Assembly: GCA_965207885.1 (NCBI GenBank)
Contig: OZ242311.1
Location: 928,001 to 992,000 of the forward strand
Length of the DNA stretch: 64,000 bases
DNA from: Candidatus Latescibacterota bacterium
GTDB taxonomy: Bacteria > Latescibacterota > UBA2968
Direction of reading: 5' to 3'
The notes beneath the pieces were generated by a model. The model was not told the DNA's origin, ran no database searches, and saw only the letters and a list, made by a program, of their open reading frames with translations. How positions within the stretch are numbered: position 1 is the first letter of the stretch; each line of letters opens with the position of its first letter. Shown here piece after piece: positions 1-8,264 of the stretch. The translations under genes and the position numbers were made by a program.

Positions 1-345
1 GTCGGCGATGGTTGTTTCTTCTATGCCGCCAGGTATTGTGATGCCGGCGTTGTTTATTAGGATATCCAGTTTGCCAAATTCGGAGACGGATCGTTCGATC
101 AGATTGCGTACCGCTTCGTCATCCGATACGTCGGTTTGTACAAAGATCCCTTTTCCCCCGAGTTTTTCTATTTCTTCTACGGTAGAAGTGGTCAGGTCAG
201 TGTCGTGATATATGCCCTTTTTGGGTGCTTCTTGTATATCGGCTACTGCCACACTTGCGCCTTCTCGTGCCAGTGCCAGTGCTATGCCCCGCCCAATGCC
301 AGAGCTTGCGCCTGTGACGATTGCCACGCGGTCTTTGAGTGTCAT
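1..345 (-). CDS. SDR family NAD(P)-dependent oxidoreductase (partial, runs off window)
   Basis: Not in the ORF track. Hand translation of the minus strand from ATG at 345 gives MTLKDRVAIVTGASSGIGRGIALALAREGASVAVAD...GKLDILINNAGI, with TGxxxGIG and NNAG motifs. AGGAG RBS upstream. Confidence 0.9.
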   Translation of the reverse strand, partial: MTLKDRVAIVTGASSGIGRGIALALAREGASVAVADIQEAPKKGIYHDTDLTTSTVEEIEKLGGKGIFVQTDVSDDEAVRNLIERSVSEFGKLDILINNAGITIPGGIEETTIAD

Positions 346-380
346 GGTTTCTCCTTGGAAAGGCTCATGCCTATAGAGCC

Positions 381-413
381 GTCATCGCGGTGTGCTTTTG
401 AGCCGCGATCCAG
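381..413. repeat. REP-like palindromic repeat, copy 1
   Basis: GTCATCGCGG-tgtgcttttgag-CCGCGATCCAG; near-identical copies at 1840-1872 and 63889-63920. Confidence 0.75.
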
Positions 414-455
414 AGGTGTTGCCTTTGCCTTTCATCTGCGTAAAACGCTCAAATG

Positions 456-479
456 AACTGGCCTGATAGGCGGCCAGTT
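456..479. other. Intergenic hairpin
   Basis: AACTGGCC-tgataggc-GGCCAGTT, an 8-bp inverted repeat between aspC and the SDR gene. Confidence 0.45.
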
Positions 480-526
480 GTACACCGCCCATTCGCGTTT
501 TTTCTGCGCCATCTGCGGATGCTTTT

Positions 527-1723
527 TTAATCCCTCAATACCTCTGCTATCGCGTCACACAATGGCACAATATTGTCCTTTGTCATGCCCGCCACGTTGA
601 TCCGTCCCGAACTGACGATGTATATTGAAAATTTCTCGCGCAATGCTTCTACTTGCTCGGGGGTCAATCCGGAGAAAGAAAACATTCCTCTCTGGTGTGC
701 GATAAATGAAAAGTCGCGCCGTACGCCTTTTGTTTCGAGGGTATCCACAAATAGGGTGCGCATGTTGTTGATGCGGTCGCGCATGGCTTTTACTTCGCTG
801 TCCCATTGTGCCCGCAAGTCGGGGTCGTTGAGGACTGTTGCGACTGCCTGTGCGCCGTGCGATGGCGGGTTGGAATAATTTGTGCGGATGCAGATTTTGA
901 TGTGGCTCATCACTTTTTCAACGGTGGTGGCGTTTTTTCCCACGAGGGTCAGTGCGCCCGTGCGCTCGCGGTAGAGGCCAAAGTTTTTGGAGAAGGAACT
1001 GGCGACGAGGAGTTCGCAACCGGGTCGGCTGAGAGACAGGAGGCCGATTGCGTCTTCAACGAGGCCATTGCCCAGGCCCTGATAGGCAAAGTCAACGAGT
1101 GGGATGATGCCGCGATCTGCGATGATGTCGGCTATTTGCGCCCATTGCTCGGGAGAGGGATCGACGCCGGTCGGGTTGTGGCAACATCCGTGTAGCAAGA
1201 CGACATCGCCTGCGGGGATTTGCCCGAGGTCCTGGATAAATGCGTCAAAGTCCAGGCCATAAGACGAGGGGTTGTAATAGCGATAGGTTTCTGTGGGTAC
1301 GCCGGCAGATTCAAATATTTTGGGGTGGTTTGCCCAGGTGGGATCACTCAGCCATACGCGGGCATGGGGATAGTGCTGATGAATAAAGTCGCCGGCAATG
1401 CGCAACGCGCCCGTGCCGCCCGGTGCCTGGGCTGTTCCCGCGCGTCCACTGGTGAGTATTTCGTGTTCTGTTCCCCAGAGGAGTTCTTGTACGGCTTTGT
1501 TATACGCTTCGTCGCCTTCTATGCCGAGATAATTTTTGGTGTCTTCATGTGCGAGTAGGCGTTCTTCTGCTGTTTTTACAGAGGCAAATATCGGCGTGTT
1601 GCCGTCGCCGTCTTTGTACACGCCAACGCCGAGGTTTATTTTGTTGGGGTTTGGGTCGTTTTTGAATGCTTCGGTCAATCCTATAATGGGATCCGCAGGG
1701 GCCATTGTCAGCGTTTCAAACAT
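527..1723 (-). CDS. aspC: Aspartate/aromatic amino acid aminotransferase (AspC/TyrB family)
   Basis: MFETLTMAPADPIIGL, KINLGVGVYKD, HGCCHNPTG, DFAYQG, SFSKNFGLYRERTG (PLP lysine), GRINVAG. Start moved to Met33 of the track ORF. Confidence 0.93.
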   Translation of the reverse strand: MFETLTMAPADPIIGLTEAFKNDPNPNKINLGVGVYKDGDGNTPIFASVKTAEERLLAHEDTKNYLGIEGDEAYNKAVQELLWGTEHEILTSGRAGTAQAPGGTGALRIAGDFIHQHYPHARVWLSDPTWANHPKIFESAGVPTETYRYYNPSSYGLDFDAFIQDLGQIPAGDVVLLHGCCHNPTGVDPSPEQWAQIADIIADRGIIPLVDFAYQGLGNGLVEDAIGLLSLSRPGCELLVASSFSKNFGLYRERTGALTLVGKNATTVEKVMSHIKICIRTNYSNPPSHGAQAVATVLNDPDLRAQWDSEVKAMRDRINNMRTLFVDTLETKGVRRDFSFIAHQRGMFSFSGLTPEQVEALREKFSIYIVSSGRINVAGMTKDNIVPLCDAIAEVLRD

Positions 1724-1763
1724 TATTTTTCCTTTGGTATTGGATGTTATAGCGGCCCTGCTT

Positions 1764-1872
1764 AAATCATGCAGGGGCAGACTATGGTGTTGTAGGGGAC
1801 GGTTCCCGTATAAAGACATTACGGGACAGGCTCCCGTCTGTCATCGCGGTGTGCTGTTGAGCCGCGATCCAG
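1764..1872. repeat. Cluster of three hairpins including REP-like copy 2, in the aspC leader
   Basis: CCCTGC-ttaaatcat-GCAGGG; TCCCGTA-taaagacat-TACGGGA; GTCATCGCGG...CCGCGATCCAG (1840-1872). Confidence 0.65.
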
Positions 1873-1890
1873 TGGTTTTTGTCGCGAGCA

Positions 1891-1919
1891 AAGATACATA
1901 TACGCATCGCAAAATGCAA
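1891..1919 (-). promoter_or_regulatory. Putative sigma70 promoter of aspC
   Basis: Minus strand TTGCAT-17 nt-TATCTT. Confidence 0.5.
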
Positions 1920-2221
1920 GCCTACGCTTGCTCATTACACGCCACAAAGACCTGAAGACTTACAAGACGTTTTTGCCGCTAACTAATCCCCTCGGCTATT
2001 GTAAATAAAAGTAAGACTTGTTTTTTTTATGTAAGTAATATATTGACTTTTCACAAGATATTGTTAATAAGAGACATAAATTCAATATATCAATATAACT
2101 GTTTTATATATCGTCCATTCCAGGCTATTTTACATATCAGGGGAGTGCGTTGAGCCTGATGCTCTTGATTCTATCTACATAGGAGAGTAGTTTTTCACAT
2201 TCTTTTTGAGGAGTGTTGCTT

Positions 2222-4570
2222 ATGTTTTTGAGAAAAGGATTATTGTTTTTTGCCCTTTTTGGGCTGTTGATATATACAGGAGAAGCGACTGCTGGATCCA
2301 ATGAGAATGCGGTTTTGTCGCTTGATTTGATTGCCGATGGAGGGGCAGACAATCAGATAGATGATGGCGTTACTTCAGGTACAGTGTCTGGACAGGGGAC
2401 AAAAATCGCGGTTGAAGTTTTCGCAAAAGGTGTGACCACGCCGCTGCTTGGTGTGAGAATTGTTTTTGACTTTGATGCGTCTGTTTTGACCTATGTCGGA
2501 GCCAGGAACAGTGTGTTTCTGTTTAGTATTCCACACGAAGTGATTGGTACAAACTTCGCCCCTTCAGAATCTGTAACCTTGTCTCCATCTGGTTTTTTAG
2601 CACGGGCAGAGTTTACCACGGCAGTGGATGTAACGGGGCGAGAGTTTTCCATTGGCATTAAGCGCGTCATATTGGCTGAAAGCCGGACATCAAGCGACTC
2701 GCTTACAACGACAGAGGAGATCGCGTTTAATGCCGCATCTTCTTCTGATACTCCACCTTCTCCCGATTTTGATGGGGATGGTGTGGTTGGTGTTCCGGAC
2801 TTTTTGTTGTTTTTAGATCACTTTGGTTCAAGTCGTAGCGATGGGACATATCGACCGAAGTATGATCTGGATGGCAATGGCGTAATAGGGGTTTCGGATT
2901 TTCTGATTTTTGTAGATAACTTCGGCAAGGAGGTGCCTCCGTCTGATCGTGGTGGCAGTGAGGAGATGGTTTCGATTCTCGATGCGAATTTGCGCGCTGT
3001 AGTTGAGGATAGTCTGGGCAAGGCGAGGGGGGCGCCGATTACCAGGGGTGAGATGGTAACGCTAACCCGTCTTGAAGCTCCGAATGCGAATATCAGCGAC
3101 TTGACCGGGCTTGAGTTTGCAACCGGTCTGACAAGCCTAAATTTTGGTCCACAAGGTTCATCTAACAGCAACTCAATCTCGGACCTCTCGCCGTTGGAGG
3201 GCTTGACCAATCTAAGGAGTCTGAAGCTTCAGCACAACACTATCTCAGATCTTTCACCGTTGTCTGGGTTGACCAGCCTGACAGTGCTGGAGCTTTCCGG
3301 CAACACCATCACGGATCTTTCACCGCTGTCTAACTTGACCAGTCTGACAGTGCTGGAGCTTTCCGACAACTCAATCGTGGATCTTTCACCACTGTCAGGC
3401 TTGACCAATCTAACAACGCTGAATCTTGTCTTCAACTCAGTTGTGGATATTTCGCCACTGTCAGGCTTGACCAATCTAACAACGCTGAATCTTGTCTTCA
3501 ACTCAGTTGTGGATATTTCGCCACTGTCAGGCTTGACCAGTCTAACAACGCTGTTTCTTTCCGGCAATACCATCACGGATATTTCGCCACTGTCAGGTTT
3601 GACCAATCTGACAGTGGTGGGTCTTCAAAACAACTCAGTTGTGGATATTTCGCCACTGTCAGGCTTGACCAATCTAACAACGCTGTATCTTGAGAACATC
3701 TTATCAACTTCCCTAATTCCAGGGCTGGTTCTTTCCAACAATTCAGTCGTAGATATTTCGCCGCTGATAGGTTTGACCAATCTGACGGAGTTGAGGCTTC
3801 AAAACAACTCAATTTCAGACCTTTCGCCTTTGGTTGCAAATACGGGATTGGGGAGTGGAGACAGGGTTGATGTGAGGAACAATCCTCTGAGTGCCACATC
3901 AATCAACACGCACATTCCAACTCTTCACAGCAGAGGGGTTGCGGTGTTGTTTACTTTTGATGATCCAACGCCTGTAAGCATCCCAGACGCGAATCTGCGT
4001 GCTGAGATTGAGGACGCTTTGGACAAGTCGAGCGGTGAGACGATTACCAGAGAGGATATGTCAAATTTAACCAGAGTTAGTGCGGGGAGTGCAAATATTA
4101 GCGACTTGACCGGGCTGGAGTTCGCGACCAATTTGCTTTCGCTGTACCTTTACAACAACACCATTTCAGATGTGTCCGCACTGTCAGGTTTGACCAATTT
4201 GACAAGTCTGACTCTTCGCAAAAACTCGATCACAGATATTTCACCGCTGTCAGGCTTGACCAATCTGAGTTTGCTGAGGCTTGAAGAAAACTCAATTTCA
4301 GATGTATCTGCGCTGTCAGGTTTGACCAGTCTGGAAAGACTGAGGCTTCAAAACAACACAATTTCAGACATATCTGCGCTGTCGGGTTTGACCAATTTAA
4401 CAGGGCTGACTCTTTACAGAAATAGTATCTCTGATCTTTCGCCTTTGGTTGCAAATATGGGATTGGGCAGTGGAGACGAGGTTGATGTGCGGGATAATCC
4501 TCTGAGTGATACATCAATCAACACGCATATTCCAGCCCTTCAGGGCAGAGGGGTGACGGTGCGATTTTGA
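2222..4570 (+). CDS. Secreted protein: cohesin-like domain, dockerin-like EF-hand pair, two internalin-like LRR blocks
   Basis: Signal peptide; DFDGDGVVGVPDFLLFLDHFG...DLDGNGVIGVSDFLIFVDNFG; 22-aa LRRs LSPLSGLTNLTxLxLxxNxIxD with IPDANLR caps. GAGGAG RBS before ATG 2222. Confidence 0.85.
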   Translation: MFLRKGLLFFALFGLLIYTGEATAGSNENAVLSLDLIADGGADNQIDDGVTSGTVSGQGTKIAVEVFAKGVTTPLLGVRIVFDFDASVLTYVGARNSVFLFSIPHEVIGTNFAPSESVTLSPSGFLARAEFTTAVDVTGREFSIGIKRVILAESRTSSDSLTTTEEIAFNAASSSDTPPSPDFDGDGVVGVPDFLLFLDHFGSSRSDGTYRPKYDLDGNGVIGVSDFLIFVDNFGKEVPPSDRGGSEEMVSILDANLRAVVEDSLGKARGAPITRGEMVTLTRLEAPNANISDLTGLEFATGLTSLNFGPQGSSNSNSISDLSPLEGLTNLRSLKLQHNTISDLSPLSGLTSLTVLELSGNTITDLSPLSNLTSLTVLELSDNSIVDLSPLSGLTNLTTLNLVFNSVVDISPLSGLTNLTTLNLVFNSVVDISPLSGLTSLTTLFLSGNTITDISPLSGLTNLTVVGLQNNSVVDISPLSGLTNLTTLYLENILSTSLIPGLVLSNNSVVDISPLIGLTNLTELRLQNNSISDLSPLVANTGLGSGDRVDVRNNPLSATSINTHIPTLHSRGVAVLFTFDDPTPVSIPDANLRAEIEDALDKSSGETITREDMSNLTRVSAGSANISDLTGLEFATNLLSLYLYNNTISDVSALSGLTNLTSLTLRKNSITDISPLSGLTNLSLLRLEENSISDVSALSGLTSLERLRLQNNTISDISALSGLTNLTGLTLYRNSISDLSPLVANMGLGSGDEVDVRDNPLSDTSINTHIPALQGRGVTVRF
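3401..3532 (+). repeat. Exact 66-bp tandem duplication of one LRR unit
   Basis: ttgaccaatctaacaacgctgaatcttgtcttcaactcagttgtggatatttcgccactgtcaggc occurs at 3401-3466 and 3467-3532. Confidence 0.85.
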
Positions 4571-4645
4571 TGATCGTCGGGTGAGTTGGAGCAGAGATTA
4601 TATCGGGTTTCGGATTGGGTGGGTGGATGATAGCGGTGGTGCGAC

Positions 4646-4667
4646 ACCTGAAATCCGGATTTCAGGT
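4646..4667. other. Perfect 22-bp palindrome
   Basis: ACCTGAAATCCGGATTTCAGGT is its own reverse complement. Confidence 0.8.
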
Positions 4668-4690
4668 CGAGATGAAGCATACAGTATTGC

Positions 4691-4724
4691 TTACCAATGA
4701 TGCTATGAATCGTATCTTTGAATA
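4691..4724 (+). repeat. 34-bp direct repeat, copy 1 (promoter-like; copy 2 at 5927-5960)
   Basis: ttaccaatgatgctatgaatcgtatctttgaata vs ttaccaatgatgttatgaatcgtatttttgacta, 31/34 identical. Confidence 0.8.
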
Positions 4725-4729
4725 TTGTA

Positions 4730-4946
4730 ATACCCACCTGCAGTCGTAGTATCTATTCCAGGTACTGGTCGCAGGGATAAATTTGAAACCTCTCTGTACC
4801 TGTGAGTGTATATACATTGTAGTCTTAATTTGGGGCTTGGACCACACTGAAGCGGGGTGTACAATCTATGGATTGGCCCGCTTTATACCAGACTGCGCCA
4901 GCAAACCGCACCCCGCTCCTGTTTACAATGTAAAATCCACTTTTTT
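4730..4946. ncRNA. Candidate structured non-coding RNA or regulatory element (unverified)
   Basis: Nested stems TACATTGTA(4813-21)/TACAATGTA(4924-32), AGCGGGGTG(4851-59)/CACCCCGCT(4909-17) and CAATC/GATTG(4862-75); separate hairpin at 4737-4775; T-run at 4941. Confidence 0.3.
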
Positions 4947-5099
4947 CTGTCGAAAGAATGCCGATTTTTTGTGCGGGTATTTGATGCAATCGGTCCAACG
5001 GAAAAAGCGGTCTATAAATCGCGGTTGAAGACTGTGGAGGCGCGTTTCTATAAGTTCATTTCGAGCGAATCGTTTTGACGGGTTCTGTATTTGTATCGT

Positions 5100-5399
5100 T
5101 TAGCCCGGGTGCATCTGGACCTCTTGATCCAGTCTATCAGCGAGGGCTTCAAGCGTCGTTTCGAGTTCATACCGCGTTTGAAGATTCATCCAGAATTGTG
5201 CTTCCATCCTGAAAAAACGACCCAGCCGTAAAGCTGTATCTGCTGTGATCCCTCGTTTACCATGCACAATTTCATTGATGCGACGCGGTGGCACACCGAT
5301 TGCCTGAGCCAGATGATATTGACTGATCTGCATGGGCTTGAGAAAGTCCTCGAACAGGATTTCACCTGGATGGATGGGTGGAAAATCGCGTTTGGTCAT
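5100..5399 (-). CDS. higA: HigA-family antitoxin (Xre HTH)
   Basis: [41 protein letters not shown]. Confidence 0.93.
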   Translation of the reverse strand: MTKRDFPPIHPGEILFEDFLKPMQISQYHLAQAIGVPPRRINEIVHGKRGITADTALRLGRFFRMEAQFWMNLQTRYELETTLEALADRLDQEVQMHPG

Positions 5400-5408
5400 G
5401 GTGTCACC

Positions 5409-5690
5409 TCAATGATAATCAACGATCTCGACATCAAAGGCATTATCATTACGCCAGATAAAGCACACGCGCCACTGATCGTTCACTCGAATGCTATGTT
5501 GTCCCTGGCGGTCCTGACTCAATGCTTCGAGCCGGTTGCCAGGGGGTACGCACAGGGTTTCAAGGACCGTAGCGGCGTTGAGTTGTTCAAGTTTGCGTGC
5601 CGCAACTCGTTGAATATTTTGCGGCAATTTGCGAGAAAATTGGCCGCGAAAGATTTTTTCGGTTTCCTTGTCCTTGAACGATTTAATCAT
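5409..5690 (-). CDS. higB: HigB-family toxin (RelE/ParE superfamily mRNA interferase)
   Basis: MIKSFKDKETEKIF, PPGNRLEAL, GQHSIRVNDQWRVCF, VEIVDYH; toxin precedes antitoxin. Confidence 0.93.
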   Translation of the reverse strand: MIKSFKDKETEKIFRGQFSRKLPQNIQRVAARKLEQLNAATVLETLCVPPGNRLEALSQDRQGQHSIRVNDQWRVCFIWRNDNAFDVEIVDYH

Positions 5691-5696
5691 ATTTTA

Positions 5697-5725
5697 AGCA
5701 TAACGACTTTCGTTAATAACGGCAA
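5697..5725 (-). promoter_or_regulatory. higBA promoter with operator palindrome (leaderless)
   Basis: Minus strand TTGCCG-17-TATGCT-6 nt-ATG; inverted repeat TAACGA-ctt-TCGTTA (5701-5715) overlaps the spacer and -10. Confidence 0.7.
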
Positions 5726-5801
5726 GCATTATTAATAGTTGCTGCGGCGCGTATCGGATTTGACGCGCTTTCACTGCGGCTAACCATGAAGGAGAAGTAT
5801 T

Positions 5802-5909
5802 ATGCTTGATTTAAAAGAAGTGATGTCCCCAGCCGGGTGTAGACATCTTTCCTTCTATCGCAAGGAAGTCTTGAGAATCTTAAAAGATCTTCGTAATAAA
5901 AAAGTATGA
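5802..5909 (+). CDS. Possible 35-aa small protein or gene remnant
   Basis: MLDLKEVMSPAGCRHLSFYRKEVLRILKDLRNKKV* preceded by GAAGGAG; no recognisable family. Confidence 0.25.
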   Translation: MLDLKEVMSPAGCRHLSFYRKEVLRILKDLRNKKV

Positions 5910-5925
5910 ATAGGGTATTGCCCTA

Positions 5926-5960
5926 TTTACCAATGATGTTATGAATCGTATTTTTGACTA
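5926..5960 (+). promoter_or_regulatory. Putative rtcB promoter (direct repeat copy 2)
   Basis: TTTACC-17 nt-TATTTT, then GAGG RBS and rtcB ATG; hairpin AATAGGG-tattg-CCCTATT immediately upstream. Confidence 0.45.
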
Positions 5961-5972
5961 GAGGATTGTAAT

Positions 5973-7235
5973 ATGGCTAAACAAGTTAAGTTTGTTCCGA
6001 AAATGGCGAATTTAAGTACAGGTGATGGACCTATATTGTATGTGTGGGGCGATGCGGAGGAGGAAGGTGCAATCCAGCAGCTTCAGATGTGTTGTAGCAT
6101 TCAGGATTTTCAAGGTAAGCCTCAAATGAATGTTAAGGGCGCACTAATGGCGGACAATCATATAGGATATTCTATGCCTATAGGTGGGGTTATTGCCTAT
6201 CCGGACAAAGTAAGTCCAAGCGGTGTTGGTTACGACATTGCGTGTGGAAACAAAGCAGTTAAGTTGGACATTCCGCTTTCCTTTGTACACAATCACATAA
6301 GTGAGATTATGGACGAGATTTTTGACAGCGTTTCCTTTGGTTTGGGATTAAAAAATAAGGAAACGCTGGACAATGAATTTAACGCTTTGTTGGACGATCC
6401 TGCTTGGAACATTCCAGTTGTAAACGACCTGCAAGATTTAGCTCGCGAGCAATTGGGCACAGTCGGATCTGGAAATCACTATGTGGATATTTTCCAGGAT
6501 CAGTTATCGGATGTCTGGGTGGGTGTCCACTTTGGAAGTAGAGGATTTGGACACAAAATTGCTACACACTACAGCAAACTTGCTGGCGGTGGTGATGCAA
6601 TGTTTAGTCCTCCCGCGCTGCTGGATATAGATAGTCCGGAAGGGTTGGAATACTACGCAGCAATGCAGTTGGCGGGACGTTATGCGTATGCAGGAAGGGA
6701 TTGGGTGTGCCAAAAAGTGGCGGATATAATTGGCACCGATATTGTGGATGAAGTACATAACCACCATAACTTTACCTGGAACGAAGAACACGGTGGAAGA
6801 CATTATTGGGTTGTGCGAAAGGGTGCAACTCCGCTTTTCCCCGAACAGAGGGCTTTTATTGGCGGAAGTATGGGTGATATTAGCGTTATCGTTACGGGAA
6901 AAGAACACGAATACGCGGAACAAACGCTTTACAGTACCGTTCACGGCGCAGGTCGGGTCATGTCCAGAAGTAAAGCAGCAGGAAAAACGCGGTGGAAAAG
7001 AGGTCGTAAAATTAAAATGCGCGAAGGGGAAATTACGCGGCAAATGATGGAGGATTGGATTCGTCCAATGAGCGTGGAGTTGCGCGGTGCAGGCACAGAT
7101 GAATCTCCTCATTGCTACCGGCGACTACCGGAAGTGCTTGCGTATCACTCCGACACATTGGATGTGGACTACACATTAACTCCGCTCGGTGTTGCAATGG
7201 CACCGGGAGCGACTTTTGATCCATACAAGGATTAG
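5973..7235 (+). CDS. rtcB: RtcB family RNA 2',3'-cyclic phosphate/5'-OH ligase
   Basis: MADNHIGYSMPIGGV, GVGYDIACG, GTVGSGNHY, HFGSRGFG, HNHHN, RKGAT, GSMG, STVHGAGR. Confidence 0.93.
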   Translation: MAKQVKFVPKMANLSTGDGPILYVWGDAEEEGAIQQLQMCCSIQDFQGKPQMNVKGALMADNHIGYSMPIGGVIAYPDKVSPSGVGYDIACGNKAVKLDIPLSFVHNHISEIMDEIFDSVSFGLGLKNKETLDNEFNALLDDPAWNIPVVNDLQDLAREQLGTVGSGNHYVDIFQDQLSDVWVGVHFGSRGFGHKIATHYSKLAGGGDAMFSPPALLDIDSPEGLEYYAAMQLAGRYAYAGRDWVCQKVADIIGTDIVDEVHNHHNFTWNEEHGGRHYWVVRKGATPLFPEQRAFIGGSMGDISVIVTGKEHEYAEQTLYSTVHGAGRVMSRSKAAGKTRWKRGRKIKMREGEITRQMMEDWIRPMSVELRGAGTDESPHCYRRLPEVLAYHSDTLDVDYTLTPLGVAMAPGATFDPYKD

Positions 7236-7261
7236 ACACTATGGACGCGATGTGTGACTTC

Positions 7262-7300
7262 AAAAACGCCCCGGCACAACTATGCTGGGGCGTTTTTTTT
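7262..7300 (+). terminator. Rho-independent terminator after rtcB
   Basis: AAAAACGCCCCGGCA-caacta-TGCTGGGGCGTTTTTTTT. Confidence 0.85.
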
Positions 7301-7314
7301 CTGGTGTTGCGGTG

Positions 7315-7355
7315 TATCCTGTCTATCCTTCCATCCTTCCCATCCTGATCCCGAT
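7315..7355. repeat. Short degenerate ATCCT repeat tract
   Basis: tATCCTgtctATCCTtccATCCTtcccATCCTgATCCcgat. Confidence 0.5.
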
Positions 7356-7356
7356 A

Positions 7357-7385
7357 TTGATTTTCCCACCACCCTGTCGTATCTT
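7357..7385 (+). promoter_or_regulatory. Putative leaderless sigma70 promoter of hpnCDE
   Basis: TTGATT-17-TATCTT-6 nt-ATG(7392); no SD. Confidence 0.6.
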
Positions 7386-7391
7386 CATCTT

Positions 7392-8264
7392 ATGTCACAG
7401 GCTTCATATAAAACCCGCGGAATTGCGATTGCAGAGGCTTATGCTCATTGCGAGGCACTTACCCGCGCGCATTACGAGAATTTTCCGGTTGGCTCGGTGC
7501 TCATTCCAAAACGGGTGCGGCCCCATGTGTATAGTATCTATGCGTTTGCGCGCACGGCGGATGATTTTGCCGATGAGCCGGGTTTGACGGCGCAGGAGCG
7601 GCTGGAACATCTGGCCGAGTGGGAAGCGCGTCTCGATGCGTGTCTTTCAGATCCCACGGGTCCGATATTTACGGCGCTTGCAGAAACGATTCGCGTGCAT
7701 GACCTACCCGTGCAATTGCTCAGGGATTTGCTTACGGCTTTTCGCATGGATGTGACGACGCAACGGCATCGGACTTATGGGGATTTGCTGGCGTATTGCA
7801 CGTTTTCTGCCAATCCCGTGGGGCGGCTTATTCTCCATCTGTTTGGGTATCGCGGCGAGCACTATGCGCGGCATTCTGACGCGATATGTAGCGCGTTGCA
7901 ACTCGCCAATTTCTGGCAGGATATTGCGATTGATTTTTCGCGCGGGCGCATTTATCTCCCGCAGGAGGATCTCAAACGGTTTGGCGTGGGGATTTCAGAT
8001 TTGCGCGATCAGCGCGTTACGCCGCAATTTTGTGAGCTACTGGATCACCTTATCAACCGCACACGGGATCTGTTTGTGGAGGGGTATCCCCTGCTGGGTA
8101 TGGTGAAGGGGCGATTGCGCTTTGAATTGCGGTTGACCTGTTTGGGAGGCATGCATATTCTGAAGAAGATTCGCGATAATGATTGCGATGTTTTTCATCG
8201 ACGGCCCACTATTACAAAACGCGATTTGCCCGCGCTTTTGTTTAAGACGCTTTTCCACTTATGA
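7392..8264 (+). CDS. hpnC: Squalene synthase HpnC (hydroxysqualene synthase)
   Basis: HYENFPVGS, YAFARTADDFADE, YCTFSANPVGRL, ALQLANFWQD, GRIYLP; start moved to Met47. Confidence 0.9.
   Translation: MSQASYKTRGIAIAEAYAHCEALTRAHYENFPVGSVLIPKRVRPHVYSIYAFARTADDFADEPGLTAQERLEHLAEWEARLDACLSDPTGPIFTALAETIRVHDLPVQLLRDLLTAFRMDVTTQRHRTYGDLLAYCTFSANPVGRLILHLFGYRGEHYARHSDAICSALQLANFWQDIAIDFSRGRIYLPQEDLKRFGVGISDLRDQRVTPQFCELLDHLINRTRDLFVEGYPLLGMVKGRLRFELRLTCLGGMHILKKIRDNDCDVFHRRPTITKRDLPALLFKTLFHL

Noticed and set aside
8-456. Plus-strand ORFs 8-208 and 136-456
   Set aside because: Shadows of the minus-strand SDR gene, which has clear motifs and an RBS.
3130-4450. CRISPR-like 66-bp periodicity
   Set aside because: These are in-frame 22-aa LRR coding units with no unique spacers and no cas genes.
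4672-4749. Tiny ORF MKHTVLLTNDAMNRIFEY resembling a ParE toxin start
   Set aside because: Only 25 codons with weak similarity; the sequence is better explained as the duplicated promoter-like repeat.
7254-7391. N-terminal extensions of track ORFs (hpnC, aspC, 30113, 46356, 48289, 49559, 60994)
   Set aside because: They run through terminators, repeats or upstream genes; downstream starts have an RBS or promoter and match family N-termini.
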